63,451 nt of DNA from Christensenellales bacterium (GCA_050945855.1 JBMNTS010000006.1:1-63451); one strand, 5' to 3'. Shown: positions 1 through 9,905, counted from the first letter of the stretch. The notes: generated from the sequence alone by a model not told the origin. Translations and numbers: made by a program.

Positions 1-1
1 A

Positions 2-865
2 CTATTCCTGATTGTGCGATATTAACTGATTATAATAATTTTTCATAAAAACACTGTCCTCCGCCTGTGTGCCCTTGCTTTCGCAAATAATATGCGGAGA
101 AAGCCCGGTATTATAAACGGCTTCCAGTAGATGCGCAGGATTGGGTCCGTAAAGGCTGTCCTCAAAGGTAAGGTGCCTGAGTTCCCCTTTGACTCCGTAC
201 TCTATTTTACTGAAATGGATATGCAGGTTTTCCACTTTTTCCCGCGGTAAATTTTGCAGCAGTGTATTAAAAATATTTTCAAATGCACCGGTATTGCTTA
301 AAACACCTTGCTCTCTCGCGTTTATATGCCCGAAATCTATGCACGGATAAAAGAATGGCGCGACGGAACAAAACTCCATAACCTCTTCAACGGTGCCTAT
401 CTGCCCCGTTTTTCCCATTGTTTCTATGCATACGATTTTGTCGGTATGATTGGAGGCTATTATTGCGCGGGCAAGCAATTCAAGGTTGGCTTTAGTCAGG
501 GATACCGCTTCTTCTCTGGAAAAATTGCTTTGAGAGGCAGGATGCACAACCACCCGCCGGGTGCCGAAATAATTAAGAATTTCCATGCACTTCAATACAT
601 AGTTTATGGATAACTGTGCCTTTTCCTCTTCCGCGACGGCAAAATTGATATAATACGGCGCGTGCACGGAAAGCTCCACGCCCAATCGGGCAAATTCCGC
701 GCCCAGTTCTCTTGCCGTGCCTTCACTCATCCTTATGCCTCTGCCGAAGGAATACTCAAAAAGGTCCAAGCCTCTGTCCGCGCACCATTCAGCCGCCTGT
801 AAGGTTTGCGTATAGCCTTGCTCGAAAAAGCTGTCTGAATTGCCGGCTACTCCGAATTTTACCAT
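2..865 (-). CDS. nfo: Endonuclease IV-like TIM-barrel AP endonuclease (AP endonuclease family 2)
   Basis: Metal-ligand motifs HAPYYIN, ETMGK, CIDFGH, HIHFS, RH, IICES. Stop TAG at 2-4. Overlaps the ribF stop. Confidence 0.8.
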   Translation of the reverse strand: MVKFGVAGNSDSFFEQGYTQTLQAAEWCADRGLDLFEYSFGRGIRMSEGTARELGAEFARLGVELSVHAPYYINFAVAEEEKAQLSINYVLKCMEILNYFGTRRVVVHPASQSNFSREEAVSLTKANLELLARAIIASNHTDKIVCIETMGKTGQIGTVEEVMEFCSVAPFFYPCIDFGHINAREQGVLSNTGAFENIFNTLLQNLPREKVENLHIHFSKIEYGVKGELRHLTFEDSLYGPNPAHLLEAVYNTGLSPHIICESKGTQAEDSVFMKNYYNQLISHNQE

Positions 866-1734
866 ATACTTTCCGCCTTTTTAATATCGGATAAAATCTG
901 CTGCTTCAGTAACTCCGGGGATTCAAAGCGCTTAATGTTACGCAAATACGCCTTTATGCTTATCTGAATATCCCTATTGTAAATATCCTCTCCGAAATCC
1001 AGCAGATAAGATTCCACGCAAGGTTTTTCTTGTCCGAAGGTAGGCTGCCCTCCTATATTTGTAATCGCCTTATACCGCTTGCCCTCAACATGCGCATAGG
1101 TGGCGTATACTCCCCACTTTGGCAGAAATTTGTTATCCGCAATCTCCATATTGGCAGTGGGCAAACCCATAGTATGCCCTATTCCCTTGCCCGAAACTAC
1201 CTTGCCCATTATAAAATAATCGTCTCCCAACAGCTTGTTGGCCATATCAATATTTCCGCTCTCCAGCATCTGCTTAATAAGACTGGTAGAAACTTTTTCC
1301 TCACCTTCCTTCAGCAGATTCACAACAAATACCTCAATTCCCAGTTTGCCGAAATGAGCTTGCATATCCTTAGGAGTCCATTTCCCTTTTGCGCCGAAAG
1401 TATAATCCTCGCCCATAAAGAGCGCTTTGGGATTAAACCGGGACAGATAATCGTAAAAGCCCTTATCGTTCAGCATAAAAAACTCTTTGGAGGAAGGGAT
1501 AACCGAATAAGAGATACCCAGCCCATTCATCAAAGCTGTTCTTTCCCGCAACGTATACACGCTTTTTTCTTTCTTTTGAATGTAGTCAAAAAAGCCGTCG
1601 TCAAAGGTCAATAGCAAAAAATCCAGATTGTGCGCTGCGCAATATGCCTGCGCCGAATTAATCAAATACCTGTGACCGGTATGAATTGAGTCAAACAATC
1701 CCAAAGCCAGTCCGCATCCTCTGTCAAGCGTCAT
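859..1734 (-). CDS. ribF: Bifunctional riboflavin kinase/FAD synthetase
   Basis: GxFDxxHxGH, VSTSLIK, GxGIGxxxGxPTAN, VESYL motifs. Follows truB. Confidence 0.93.
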   Translation of the reverse strand: MTLDRGCGLALGLFDSIHTGHRYLINSAQAYCAAHNLDFLLLTFDDGFFDYIQKKEKSVYTLRERTALMNGLGISYSVIPSSKEFFMLNDKGFYDYLSRFNPKALFMGEDYTFGAKGKWTPKDMQAHFGKLGIEVFVVNLLKEGEEKVSTSLIKQMLESGNIDMANKLLGDDYFIMGKVVSGKGIGHTMGLPTANMEIADNKFLPKWGVYATYAHVEGKRYKAITNIGGQPTFGQEKPCVESYLLDFGEDIYNRDIQISIKAYLRNIKRFESPELLKQQILSDIKKAESIW

Positions 1735-2603
1735 TTGGTCAACCTCGTTCTCACAATCAATTTGTCATCCGAATTTTTTTCGCCAATCCCGAAAAGATTT
1801 CCCCCGCAATATACGGAAAATAAACCTCCGGGAGCGTCGGGAGCGTAAATCTGCACTCCGTTTGATAGTTTGCCCTCTAAATGCGCGGCAACATTATATC
1901 TTGCAAAAGCGTCGGTAAAGATATTCATTGGCAATATGCAGGAGCATATATTCTCCGCCGCCTGCTCTAAGGTTACTGCGTCACTGATAGAGAAAATGGA
2001 GTTGCGCTCCCGTCTGATATACTTCATATATCCGTAAGTGTTCAGCCTGTAAGCCAAATCCCTGGCTAAGGAGCGTATATAAGTGCCGCTTCCGCATTCA
2101 ATTCTGAAAGCAAAGGTATCCTCCGCCGTCTTTTCCAGTAATTGGATATCGTATATATCAATAAAAGATTTGATAAGCGTAATTTCCTCGCCCTTACGAG
2201 CAAGTTTATACGCGCGGTGTCCGTCAATCAGCTTTGCGGAATATTTTGGGGGAATTTGCTCTATTTTTCCTATAAAAAATGGCAGAGTATTCTCAATTTC
2301 GGCTTTATTTGGAATTCTTCCGCCCTCAGAAATCACTTCGCCTGAGGCGTCCAGCGTATCCGTTTCCCGTCCGAAGGTAAACAGCGCGTAGTACACTTTT
2401 TTTTTATTGAGGTCATAGGAAAACAATCTGGTGGCGTATCCTAAGGCTATGGGCAGCACTCCCTCTCCGTCCGGGTCAAGGGTGCCGAAATGCCCAACTT
2501 TGGTGGCAATGCCTTCCGCCTTTAGCAGTCTTTTGACTTTTGCAACCGCCTGCGCCGAAGTCATGCCCGCCTGCTTATTAAGATTGATAAAGCCGCTAAC
2601 CAT
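1731..2603 (-). CDS. truB: tRNA pseudouridine-55 synthase
   Basis: GFINLNK, KVGHFGTLDP, PPKYSA, CGSGTYIRSL. Start moved to ATG 2603, which overlaps the nrnA stop. Confidence 0.95.
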   Translation of the reverse strand: MVSGFINLNKQAGMTSAQAVAKVKRLLKAEGIATKVGHFGTLDPDGEGVLPIALGYATRLFSYDLNKKKVYYALFTFGRETDTLDASGEVISEGGRIPNKAEIENTLPFFIGKIEQIPPKYSAKLIDGHRAYKLARKGEEITLIKSFIDIYDIQLLEKTAEDTFAFRIECGSGTYIRSLARDLAYRLNTYGYMKYIRRERNSIFSISDAVTLEQAAENICSCILPMNIFTDAFARYNVAAHLEGKLSNGVQIYAPDAPGGLFSVYCGGNLFGIGEKNSDDKLIVRTRLTK

Positions 2604-3573
2604 TAATAACGTCCCTGACCGCAACCAAAATCTTTTCGACGACATCTTCGGGGTAACCGAAAATCTTACACCCCGCTGCGTATTTATGCCCGCCGCCTCC
2701 GAAACACCTTGCGCACGCCTCCGCGCTTATCCCGTTTTTAGAGCGAAAGCTGACCTTATATGTCATACTCTTTATTTCCGTGATGCTGACCGCGACCAAT
2801 ACGCTTTCTATATTGATTATTTCGTTGATAAACCCTTCGGTGTCGTCTATTTCGGTATCGGTTTCCATTAAATCGTCTGTGTTGATGTTAATAATGCCGA
2901 TTGTATGGTTATCGTAAAACTTTGCTTTGTATAACGAATTGATTTTAAGGCGAAAGACCTTATAATCTGTATCCCGCATAAGAATTTGGGAAAGCCCCGC
3001 GCTGTCCGCTCCCTTTTTCAATAAGGCGGCGGCAACCTCAAAGGTATGGGCGGAGGTGGAGGGATAAACAAAGCTGCCCGAATCGGTAATAAGTCCCGCA
3101 TACAACAGATCCGCAATTTGGTTGTCTATCAACTCCTCGTTAAACTGGGCAAGAATATCATAGATAATTTGCGTTGTGGAAGCCGCCGAGGTTTCGATAA
3201 TATTTACTTGCGCAAAGCCAGCGTTGCCTAAATGATGGTCTATAAGGATAGTCTTTTTCGCCGCAGTAAAAATTCTGGCGCAGTTAGTGCCCAGTCTGGA
3301 AAAATCCCCGCAGTCTACGGCAATCGCCAAATCATAATTATGCAGGTTTTCCCGGTTTAGATCGGAAGCGTAAGGAAGAAAAGTATGCTTGTCCGCCACG
3401 GGCTTTGAAGCATCCTCGCTGAAGCAATGCACAACCTTGCCCGTTTTCTTTAAAAAAGCGTAAATTGACAGACAACTGCCTACGGCGTCTCCGTCCGGCG
3501 AGGTATGCATAAAAACAGCTGCGTTAAGGCAATTTTTCATTAACTCTATTGCCTTGGAGTAATTATTTATCAT
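2596..3573 (-). CDS. nrnA: DHH/DHHA1 phosphoesterase (nanoRNase/pAp phosphatase)
   Basis: HTSPDGDAVGS, VDC, IDHH, TDSG, SFRS, GGGGH motifs. Canonical position between rbfA and truB. Confidence 0.9.
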   Translation of the reverse strand: MINNYSKAIELMKNCLNAAVFMHTSPDGDAVGSCLSIYAFLKKTGKVVHCFSEDASKPVADKHTFLPYASDLNRENLHNYDLAIAVDCGDFSRLGTNCARIFTAAKKTILIDHHLGNAGFAQVNIIETSAASTTQIIYDILAQFNEELIDNQIADLLYAGLITDSGSFVYPSTSAHTFEVAAALLKKGADSAGLSQILMRDTDYKVFRLKINSLYKAKFYDNHTIGIININTDDLMETDTEIDDTEGFINEIINIESVLVAVSITEIKSMTYKVSFRSKNGISAEACARCFGGGGHKYAAGCKIFGYPEDVVEKILVAVRDVING

Positions 3574-3910
3574 CTTTTGCGATATCCAGTTTACTTAATA
3601 TTTCATTAATGCGGAAAGCGTAATCAAGCGAATCGTCTATAACAAATTTCAGTTCGGGTACCGTACGGATTCTTAGCTTTGCAAACAGCTGCTTCCTTAA
3701 AAAGCCGGCGCTGTTTTGCAGCGCGGACAAAACGCCCTCGTCATCCGAAGAGGGTTTGCTGATAAATACCTTGCAGTATTTCAAATCTCGCGTGGTGTCA
3801 ACCTTGGTTATTGTCAGGGTATCCGTAATTCTGGGATCGTTTAATTCGTAATTAATCAGCGTGTACAATTCCTTTTGTATTTGCGAATTCACCCTATCGA
3901 TATTAGCCAT
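3563..3910 (-). CDS. rbfA: Ribosome-binding factor A
   Basis: DPRI, TRDLKYCKVF, GFLR...IRTVPELKFVIDDS. Follows infB. Confidence 0.95.
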   Translation of the reverse strand: MANIDRVNSQIQKELYTLINYELNDPRITDTLTITKVDTTRDLKYCKVFISKPSSDDEGVLSALQNSAGFLRKQLFAKLRIRTVPELKFVIDDSLDYAFRINEILSKLDIAKDDK

Positions 3911-6564
3911 TATTCCACCTTTTCCATTTTATACGCCTCAATAACGTCTCCTACTTGGATATTGTTATAATTTTCTATGCCGATTCCGCATTCAAAACCT
4001 GTCTGAACCTCTTTTACATCATCCTTAAAGCGTTTGAGTGAGCCGAATTTGCCTTCAAAAATAACAATATTGTCACGCAAAAGCCTCAGGCTGGCGCCTC
4101 TTTCCATTTTGCCCTCTTTGACCATACAGCCCGCAATCGTACCCGCGCTGCTTAACTTAAACACTTCGCGCACTTCCGCCTTGCCTATATGCACTTCGCT
4201 GAACTTGGGCGCAAGCAGACCTTTGATTGCATTCCTCACATCGTCAATCGCGTCGTAAATTACTCTGTAATAACGGATATCCACGCCGTTCTTTTCCGCC
4301 ATGTTTTTGGCGTTGGTGTCCGGCCGCACGTTAAATCCTATAATTATGCTCTCCGAAGTCATAGCCAGCATTACGTCCGTTTCGCTTATCGCGCCTACGC
4401 CGCCGTATACCACAGCTACCTTAACCTCCTCACCGGATAATTCTACAAAGCTGTTCTTAAGCGCCTCTACGCTGCCCTGAACGTCCGCCTTAATGATAAG
4501 GTTAAGATTCTTGAATTTGCCTTCTTCGATTTTACGGAAAACATCGTCCAGGCTAACCTTAGAATACTGCAGTTTTGCTATTTTTTCTTTGGTTTTACGC
4601 TCTTCGACAACCTGCTTGCTTAATTTGTCGTCCTCTACCGCCATAATGGAATCGCCGGCGTTAGGTACCGCCTGTAAGCCTAATACGGATACCGCCATTG
4701 ACGGTCCCGCTTCCTTTATGCTGCGGCCTTTGTCGTCTGTCATGGCCCTGATTTTTCCCGCTGTTGTACCCGCTACAATATTATCTCCCTGCTTTAGCGT
4801 ACCGTTTTTGACAAGTATGGTCGCCACCGGACCTTTGCCTTTATCCAATTTTGCCTCGATTATTACGCCGCTTGCCGATCTGTTGGGATTGGCTTTAAGC
4901 TCGGCTAGGTCGGCGGTAATAAAGATAGTTTCAAGCAATTCTTCCACGCCCTGTCCTGTTTTGGCGGATACGTTGACAACGGGGATGTCTCCGCCCCAGG
5001 CTTCGGGCACCAACTCGTATTCGGTGAGCTGTTGCAGTACCCTGTCCGGATTGGCGTCCTCTTTATCTATCTTGTTTACCGCTATAATAATGGGAACTTT
5101 GGCGGCTTTCGCGTGGCTTATGGCTTCCACAGTCTGAGGCATAATGCCGTCATCGGCAGCCACTATAATAATGACTATATCGGTTACGTCCGCGCCCCTT
5201 GCCCTCATAGCGGCAAAAGCGGCATGCCCGGGCGTATCCATAAAGGTGATTTGCCTGCCGTTAAGTTTTATGCTGTACGCGCCGATATGCTGGGTGATGC
5301 CTCCCGCTTCTCCGCCTGCCACATTTGTCTTGCGGATATAATCGAGAAGTGAGGTTTTGCCGTGGTCTACGTGTCCCATAATGGTAACTATGGGAGGACG
5401 GGTTACCAGTTCCGCGGAATCGGTGTCCTCGTCTTCTATATGTGATTCAATTAGCTTTTCCTCGCCCGTTTTGATAGCCTGAAGTTCCAGCGTTACGCCC
5501 AGTTCGTTTGCTACCAACTCGGCGGTTTCAAAATCTATATTGTCATTGAGCGTTTTGAAAATGCCCAAATTGAACAATTGCTTGACTATTTCCGCGCCCG
5601 GCTTGCCTATTTTTTCGCTGAAGGAACGTATGGTCAAGGTATCCGTCGTAAGCACTACATGGTCAACCTGACTGTATTTTGGCGCATCGCTCTTCTTTTT
5701 ATCCGAGCTTATCTTGCGCGTCCTGATTTTTCTGATTTCGCCGCTGTCGTCATACTCGATTGCGCTGGAGGAAGTCGTCACAAAACCTTTACGCTCAAGA
5801 GTCTTTCTGCTCATAACCTTTTTAGGCGCAAGAGCATTATCGCTTTTTGCGGACTTATCAGGGCTTTTCTTTTTATGCTCTTTGGTTATAACGGGAGCCT
5901 CAATTATTATCGGGGTCGGCGCTTTATCTCTAAAAGCGGGCTTTGCCCCTGGCATTTTCGGTCTTGTGCCCTTATCCATAGGAGCAGACGTCTGAGGACG
6001 GGGGGACTGTCCTGCGCTTTTAGGCGGACGCCTGTCATAAGAGGGCTGCCGCCATAGCTTGCTTACCTTAACTTCATATTGCGGCTTCTCCTGTGCTTCC
6101 GTCTTAGGTTTGACTGCCTCCGTCTTAGGCTCCGCTTTTTTGGCGGCTTGCTGCTCTTCCTTTGCCGCTTTAACTTCGGAAATCGGTTTATTGATAATCT
6201 TCTCGGGCTCACTAACCCGCGGCGCCTCTTTTTCGACCTTTTCCTCCGCTGCGGGTTTTTCTTCCTGCTTATCCTTTGCCTCGGCGGGCTTCTCTTCCTT
6301 CTTTTGTTCCTCTTGCTGCAATAAAGATTCCTTTGCGCGCCTTATTTCTTCTTCCCTTTGGCGGGTCAATAATTCCTGCTCTTTGCGTATCCGCAACTCT
6401 TCAAGTAAAACGGCTTTTCTTTGAGAAAGGGCGGCAACTAATTCCTCATATTCAGAAAAGGGCTTTTTCAAATAATTTAAAAGCATATTTATCTTATTGC
6501 GCGATTCATTAAGTTTTTTGATGTTTTCCAGAATATCGCCTTTTCTCTTTACATCTTCGCCCAT
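3910..6564 (-). CDS. infB: Translation initiation factor IF-2
   Basis: RPPIVTIMGHVDHGKTSLLD, DTPGHAAF, NKID, SLKRFKDDVKEV. Charged, low-complexity N-terminus. Confidence 0.98.
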   Translation of the reverse strand: MGEDVKRKGDILENIKKLNESRNKINMLLNYLKKPFSEYEELVAALSQRKAVLLEELRIRKEQELLTRQREEEIRRAKESLLQQEEQKKEEKPAEAKDKQEEKPAAEEKVEKEAPRVSEPEKIINKPISEVKAAKEEQQAAKKAEPKTEAVKPKTEAQEKPQYEVKVSKLWRQPSYDRRPPKSAGQSPRPQTSAPMDKGTRPKMPGAKPAFRDKAPTPIIIEAPVITKEHKKKSPDKSAKSDNALAPKKVMSRKTLERKGFVTTSSSAIEYDDSGEIRKIRTRKISSDKKKSDAPKYSQVDHVVLTTDTLTIRSFSEKIGKPGAEIVKQLFNLGIFKTLNDNIDFETAELVANELGVTLELQAIKTGEEKLIESHIEDEDTDSAELVTRPPIVTIMGHVDHGKTSLLDYIRKTNVAGGEAGGITQHIGAYSIKLNGRQITFMDTPGHAAFAAMRARGADVTDIVIIIVAADDGIMPQTVEAISHAKAAKVPIIIAVNKIDKEDANPDRVLQQLTEYELVPEAWGGDIPVVNVSAKTGQGVEELLETIFITADLAELKANPNRSASGVIIEAKLDKGKGPVATILVKNGTLKQGDNIVAGTTAGKIRAMTDDKGRSIKEAGPSMAVSVLGLQAVPNAGDSIMAVEDDKLSKQVVEERKTKEKIAKLQYSKVSLDDVFRKIEEGKFKNLNLIIKADVQGSVEALKNSFVELSGEEVKVAVVYGGVGAISETDVMLAMTSESIIIGFNVRPDTNAKNMAEKNGVDIRYYRVIYDAIDDVRNAIKGLLAPKFSEVHIGKAEVREVFKLSSAGTIAGCMVKEGKMERGASLRLLRDNIVIFEGKFGSLKRFKDDVKEVQTGFECGIGIENYNNIQVGDVIEAYKMEKVE

Positions 6565-6565
6565 A

Positions 6566-6871
6566 CTAATCTCCTTTGAAAATCTTTTTTATTGCCGCCG
6601 CCAGATTTGGCTCGTTTATTCCTATCGCTTTGGCTTTACGCGCAGTAATCTCATCCAGTCCTTCGCATTCCATCAAATCAACCGAATTAGATTGCGCATA
6701 TATAGCCAGTTTTTTTGCGCTGCTCTCGGAGAGCGTCTTATCTTTCAGTATCAAAAAGGGTTTGCCCTTTTTGTCGATAATGTTGTCCACTCCCCATTTG
6801 ACTTTGCCCGCCTTAATGGCAAAACCCACGTAGGAAGCCAGTTTTGCCTTGTTATTGTTTAAGTTCGTCAT
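6566..6871 (-). CDS. ylxQ: L7Ae/L30e-family RNA-binding protein (YlxQ-like)
   Basis: GFAIKAGKVKWG motif. Sits between ylxR and infB. Start (6871 vs 6883) uncertain. Confidence 0.8.
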   Translation of the reverse strand: MTNLNNNKAKLASYVGFAIKAGKVKWGVDNIIDKKGKPFLILKDKTLSESSAKKLAIYAQSNSVDLMECEGLDEITARKAKAIGINEPNLAAAIKKIFKGD

Positions 6872-7103
6872 ACACCGCGGCATCCACGTTGGTACTGAAC
6901 GCCTTGTTGAGCATACGCTTTTTTATGCACTTTTCTATACATTCCTCATTCCGGCATACGTAAGCGCCTCTGCCCGGTCTTTTTTGCGTGCTGTCAATGC
7001 TTATATTGCCCTGCGCGTCCTTTACCACCTTAATCAGGCTGCTCTTTTCTTTCATTTGCCTGCACGCTATACACATCCTTAAAGGCGTGCTTTTGCTCTT
7101 CAT
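6852..7103 (-). CDS. ylxR: YlxR/RnpM, RNase P modulator (DUF448)
   Basis: PLRMCIACR, GRGAYVC, C...KKRMLNKAF. Follows nusA. Confidence 0.93.
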   Translation of the reverse strand: MKSKSTPLRMCIACRQMKEKSSLIKVVKDAQGNISIDSTQKRPGRGAYVCRNEECIEKCIKKRMLNKAFSTNVDAAVYDELKQ

Positions 7104-7106
7104 TTG

Positions 7107-8201
7107 TTACTCTCCGCTGTTGACAGTGTCCGAATCGTCCTGCGCGTTTAAGCTTTCCATAACCGCCGAATAAGGCTTGACGTCTATCTTATAGCCTGTC
7201 AGGCGGGCGGCAAGCCGCGCGTTCTGCCCGCTTTTGCCTATCGCCAAAGAAAGTTTATCGTCGGGGACAACGACTTTGGCTTTCATTTCTTCCTCGTTTA
7301 ATTGCACCATCATAACCTTTGCAGGGCTCAACGCTCTGGAAATATAATCGATGGGGTCGCTGGTATATAGTATGACGTCCACCTTTTCGCCGGATAACTC
7401 GCTGACGATAGCGTTGACGCGCACTCCCTTCGCTCCTATGCACGCCCCTATCGCGTCCAGGTTGGGGTCCTCGGTATAAACGCTCATTTTGGTACGGTAG
7501 CCCGCTTCCCTGACTATGTTCTTGATTTTTACAAGACCGGACTTAATCTCAGGCACCTCTATCTCAAACAAACGCTTTACAAATCCAGCATTGCTGCGGC
7601 TGACCATAACCTGAGAGCCCCAGCTGGTAGTCCTGATCTTTTTGACGTATACCTTGATTCTGTCGTTGACGGCATACTTTTCGCCGGGCACCTGGTCGGC
7701 TAAATTCATTACGCCTTCCATTTGAGAGCCCAATATTTCCACATAAACGATGTTGTTGTCTATGCGGCGAATTATCGCCATCATAATTTCGCCTTCACGC
7801 TCGCTCATTTCCGCCATAATACGCTGCTTTTTTGCCTCCGCAATCCTTTGCGTGATAACCTGCTTGGCGGTTTGCGCGGCAATGCGGGAAAGGTCGCGGG
7901 GGGTGACGTCCTCGCCTATTATGTCGCCTATTTGCGCATTGGGCTTGATTTTACGCGCTTCTTCCAGCGTGATTTCGCTGTCTTCTATTTCGTCATAATA
8001 TTCCACCACTTTATAATATGCCGTATAGGTAATGCGGCAACGCTCCTCGTCCAGCGTAACTTTGATTGCTCTGGTTTCGCCGCTTTCGTTTTTATAAGCT
8101 GAAGCCAGACCTGCTTCCAATGATTTTATCAGCAAAGGCTTGTCGATTTTAAGCTCTGCTTCTATTTGGTCCAGGGCTAAGAAAAATTCCTTATTAATCA
8201 T
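7107..8201 (-). CDS. nusA: Transcription termination/antitermination factor NusA
   Basis: [48 protein letters not shown]. Start moved to ATG 8201 behind a GGAGG RBS. Confidence 0.97.
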   Translation of the reverse strand: MINKEFFLALDQIEAELKIDKPLLIKSLEAGLASAYKNESGETRAIKVTLDEERCRITYTAYYKVVEYYDEIEDSEITLEEARKIKPNAQIGDIIGEDVTPRDLSRIAAQTAKQVITQRIAEAKKQRIMAEMSEREGEIMMAIIRRIDNNIVYVEILGSQMEGVMNLADQVPGEKYAVNDRIKVYVKKIRTTSWGSQVMVSRSNAGFVKRLFEIEVPEIKSGLVKIKNIVREAGYRTKMSVYTEDPNLDAIGACIGAKGVRVNAIVSELSGEKVDVILYTSDPIDYISRALSPAKVMMVQLNEEEMKAKVVVPDDKLSLAIGKSGQNARLAARLTGYKIDVKPYSAVMESLNAQDDSDTVNSGE

Positions 8202-8667
8202 TGTTTCCTCCGAATTTGATGTGCGGTTTAGCACTCTTGATATTTTCTAATTTTATTAAGGTATCCCTACCTTTAATATTTACGGTAATTTCCTGCGCGC
8301 TTACGCCCTTAAGCTTGCCTATGAGCTTGTCCTTTTCCCTCACGGGCTCTTTAAGCTCCGCTTCTATCCATTCGCCTATTCGCCTTTCAAAATCGCGCAC
8401 GCTGACCAAAGGCCTGTCCAGACCGACTGAGGAAATGTTAAGATTATACGGCTTGCCGCGGGTAAGGTCCAACTCTTCCAGCGGACGCTCAAGCGCGTCG
8501 TTGACAAGTACGCAATCCTCCAGCGTTATGCCGCCGTCGCGGTGTATTAAAATCTCGAGGGTGTCTTCCTCAAATACTTTCTTAAAGCCGATTTCTACCA
8601 CCTCATAGCCCAAAGCCTCTATAATGGGTGTTAATTCACGCTGTGCCTCTTGCGCAATATTTGACAT
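8194..8667 (-). CDS. rimP: Ribosome maturation factor RimP
   Basis: GITLEDC, YNLNISSVGLDRPL. First gene of the nusA-infB operon. Confidence 0.95.
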   Translation of the reverse strand: MSNIAQEAQRELTPIIEALGYEVVEIGFKKVFEEDTLEILIHRDGGITLEDCVLVNDALERPLEELDLTRGKPYNLNISSVGLDRPLVSVRDFERRIGEWIEAELKEPVREKDKLIGKLKGVSAQEITVNIKGRDTLIKLENIKSAKPHIKFGGNND

Positions 8668-8707
8668 TTTACCATCCTTTAAAAGTGTATTTTCCCCTAC
8701 ATTTAAG

Positions 8708-8730
8708 CGGGAGTGGCGCTGCCACTCCCG
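8708..8730 (-). promoter_or_regulatory. rimP-leader hairpin (attenuator-like)
   Basis: Perfect 10-bp inverted repeat CGGGAGTGGC-AGC-GCCACTCCCG in the rimP leader. GAGTGG/CCACTC core resembles Firmicute rimP leaders. U-tract is weak. Confidence 0.7.
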
Positions 8731-8753
8731 GAAATCTCTTTAATAGCATAATT

Positions 8754-8782
8754 AGTTTAACACAATTATTACCAAAAATCAA
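8754..8782 (-). promoter_or_regulatory. SigA-type promoter of the rimP-nusA-infB operon
   Basis: TTGATT-17 bp-TAAACT with extended TG. Confidence 0.7.
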
Positions 8783-8825
8783 CTAATTATTATCAATAAA
8801 TATTTGTATTACGCTCATACTTTAT

Positions 8826-8854
8826 TTGATTATCCGCGCACGTTATGCTATAAT
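8826..8854 (+). promoter_or_regulatory. SigA-type promoter of rnpB
   Basis: TTGATT-17 bp-TATAAT with extended TG, 8 nt upstream of the P1 helix. Confidence 0.8.
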
Positions 8855-8862
8855 ATGCTCCA

Positions 8863-9180
8863 CGAGTTAACCGGATAATCGCATCGAAAGATGAGGAAAG
8901 TCCGAGCACCGCAGGGCAAGGGCGGCGGGTAACGCCCGCTGGAGGCGACTCTAAGGAAAGTGCAACAGAAATAAACCGCGGCGCAAGCCGTAAGGGTGGA
9001 AAGGTGCGGTAAGAGCGCACCGGCAGTTCGGCGACGAAATTGGCCGTGTAAACCCCGCCCGGTGCAAGAGAAGAAGACGAAAAGCTGCCCGCCAGTCTTC
9101 AAAAATCGCGCGAGCTTGTAGGCAACTGCAGGCCAAGATAGATGATTATCAAAACAGAACTCGGCTTACAGGTTAACTCG
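8863..9180 (+). ncRNA. rnpB: RNase P RNA, bacterial type A
   Basis: GAGGAAAGTCCGAGC (P4 5' strand), GGAAAGTGCAACAGAAA, GGTAAGAGCGCACC, GTAAACCCC, AACAGAACTCGGCTTA (P4 3' strand). P1 = CGAGTTAACC/GGTTAACTCG. Confidence 0.97.
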
Positions 9181-9185
9181 TCAAT

Positions 9186-9887
9186 TTAAAACTCAATTTT
9201 CTCTTTTTCAGAGGCAACCCTTAATTTAAGGATTGCTTTTTTTTCTATTCTCGACACATAAGAACGGGAAATATTAAGTTTTTCCGCAACCTGCTGCTGA
9301 GTGTATATCTGCATATCCTGCAGTCCGTATCTTAGCAGGATTATTTGCTTTTCCCTGCTGTCCAGATATTTATTTATCAAAAACATTAAGTTGTCGTATT
9401 TCATTTGGGTATCCAGCCCCTCGAACATATCGGTATCGTCCGCGGACAAGGTATCCCCCAGAGGCTTTATATTGCCTTCTTTATCCTGTCCTATGGGCTC
9501 GTTAAAACTGATTACGTTGCCCTGCCTCTTATACGCCCGCATGGTCATCAGGATTTCGTTTTCTATACAGCGGGAAGCGTATGTCGCCAGCTGCGTACCT
9601 TTGTTGGGTTTGAAGGTATTTATTGCCTTGATAAGCCCAATAGTGCCCACCGATATCAAATCGTCGGGGTCGGGAAAGTTGGTATATTTTTTGGCGATGT
9701 AAGCGACAAGGCGCAGGTTATGCTTAATCAAGATATCTCTTGCCTGCATATCCCCCTCCAAAAACTTTTTAATATATTCCTGTTCCTTTTCGCTTGATAA
9801 AGGATGAGGGAAGGTGTTTCTGCCCTCCAGCCGTGCCGTTAAAATCAGTATATTGCTTAGAATAGAAAAAAACCCTTCCAATATCAT
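9186..9887 (-). CDS. sigK: Sporulation sigma factor SigK (pro-form, uninterrupted)
   Basis: Hydrophobic pro-sequence, FPHPLS, HNLRLVAYIAKKY, DDLISVGTIGLIKAI, LATYASRCIENEILM, ISRSYVSRIEKKA. No skin insertion. Confidence 0.92.
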   Translation of the reverse strand: MILEGFFSILSNILILTARLEGRNTFPHPLSSEKEQEYIKKFLEGDMQARDILIKHNLRLVAYIAKKYTNFPDPDDLISVGTIGLIKAINTFKPNKGTQLATYASRCIENEILMTMRAYKRQGNVISFNEPIGQDKEGNIKPLGDTLSADDTDMFEGLDTQMKYDNLMFLINKYLDSREKQIILLRYGLQDMQIYTQQQVAEKLNISRSYVSRIEKKAILKLRVASEKEKIEF

Positions 9888-9905
9888 ACGGCCTCCTTAA
9901 CCGTA

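Noticed and set aside
6098-6129. Direct repeat TCCGTCTTAGG x2
   Set aside because: It encodes a PKTE repeat in the low-complexity IF2 N-terminus and is not an array.
8228-8254. CIRCE left arm TTAGCACTC
   Set aside because: The right arm GAGTGCTAA is absent and the site lies inside rimP.
8793-9136. Three short minus-strand ORFs (75, 84 and 61 aa)
   Set aside because: They are antisense to the RNase P RNA and have no protein motifs.
9186-9887. Possible skin-type insertion in sigK
   Set aside because: The ORF is continuous and no recombinase is nearby.
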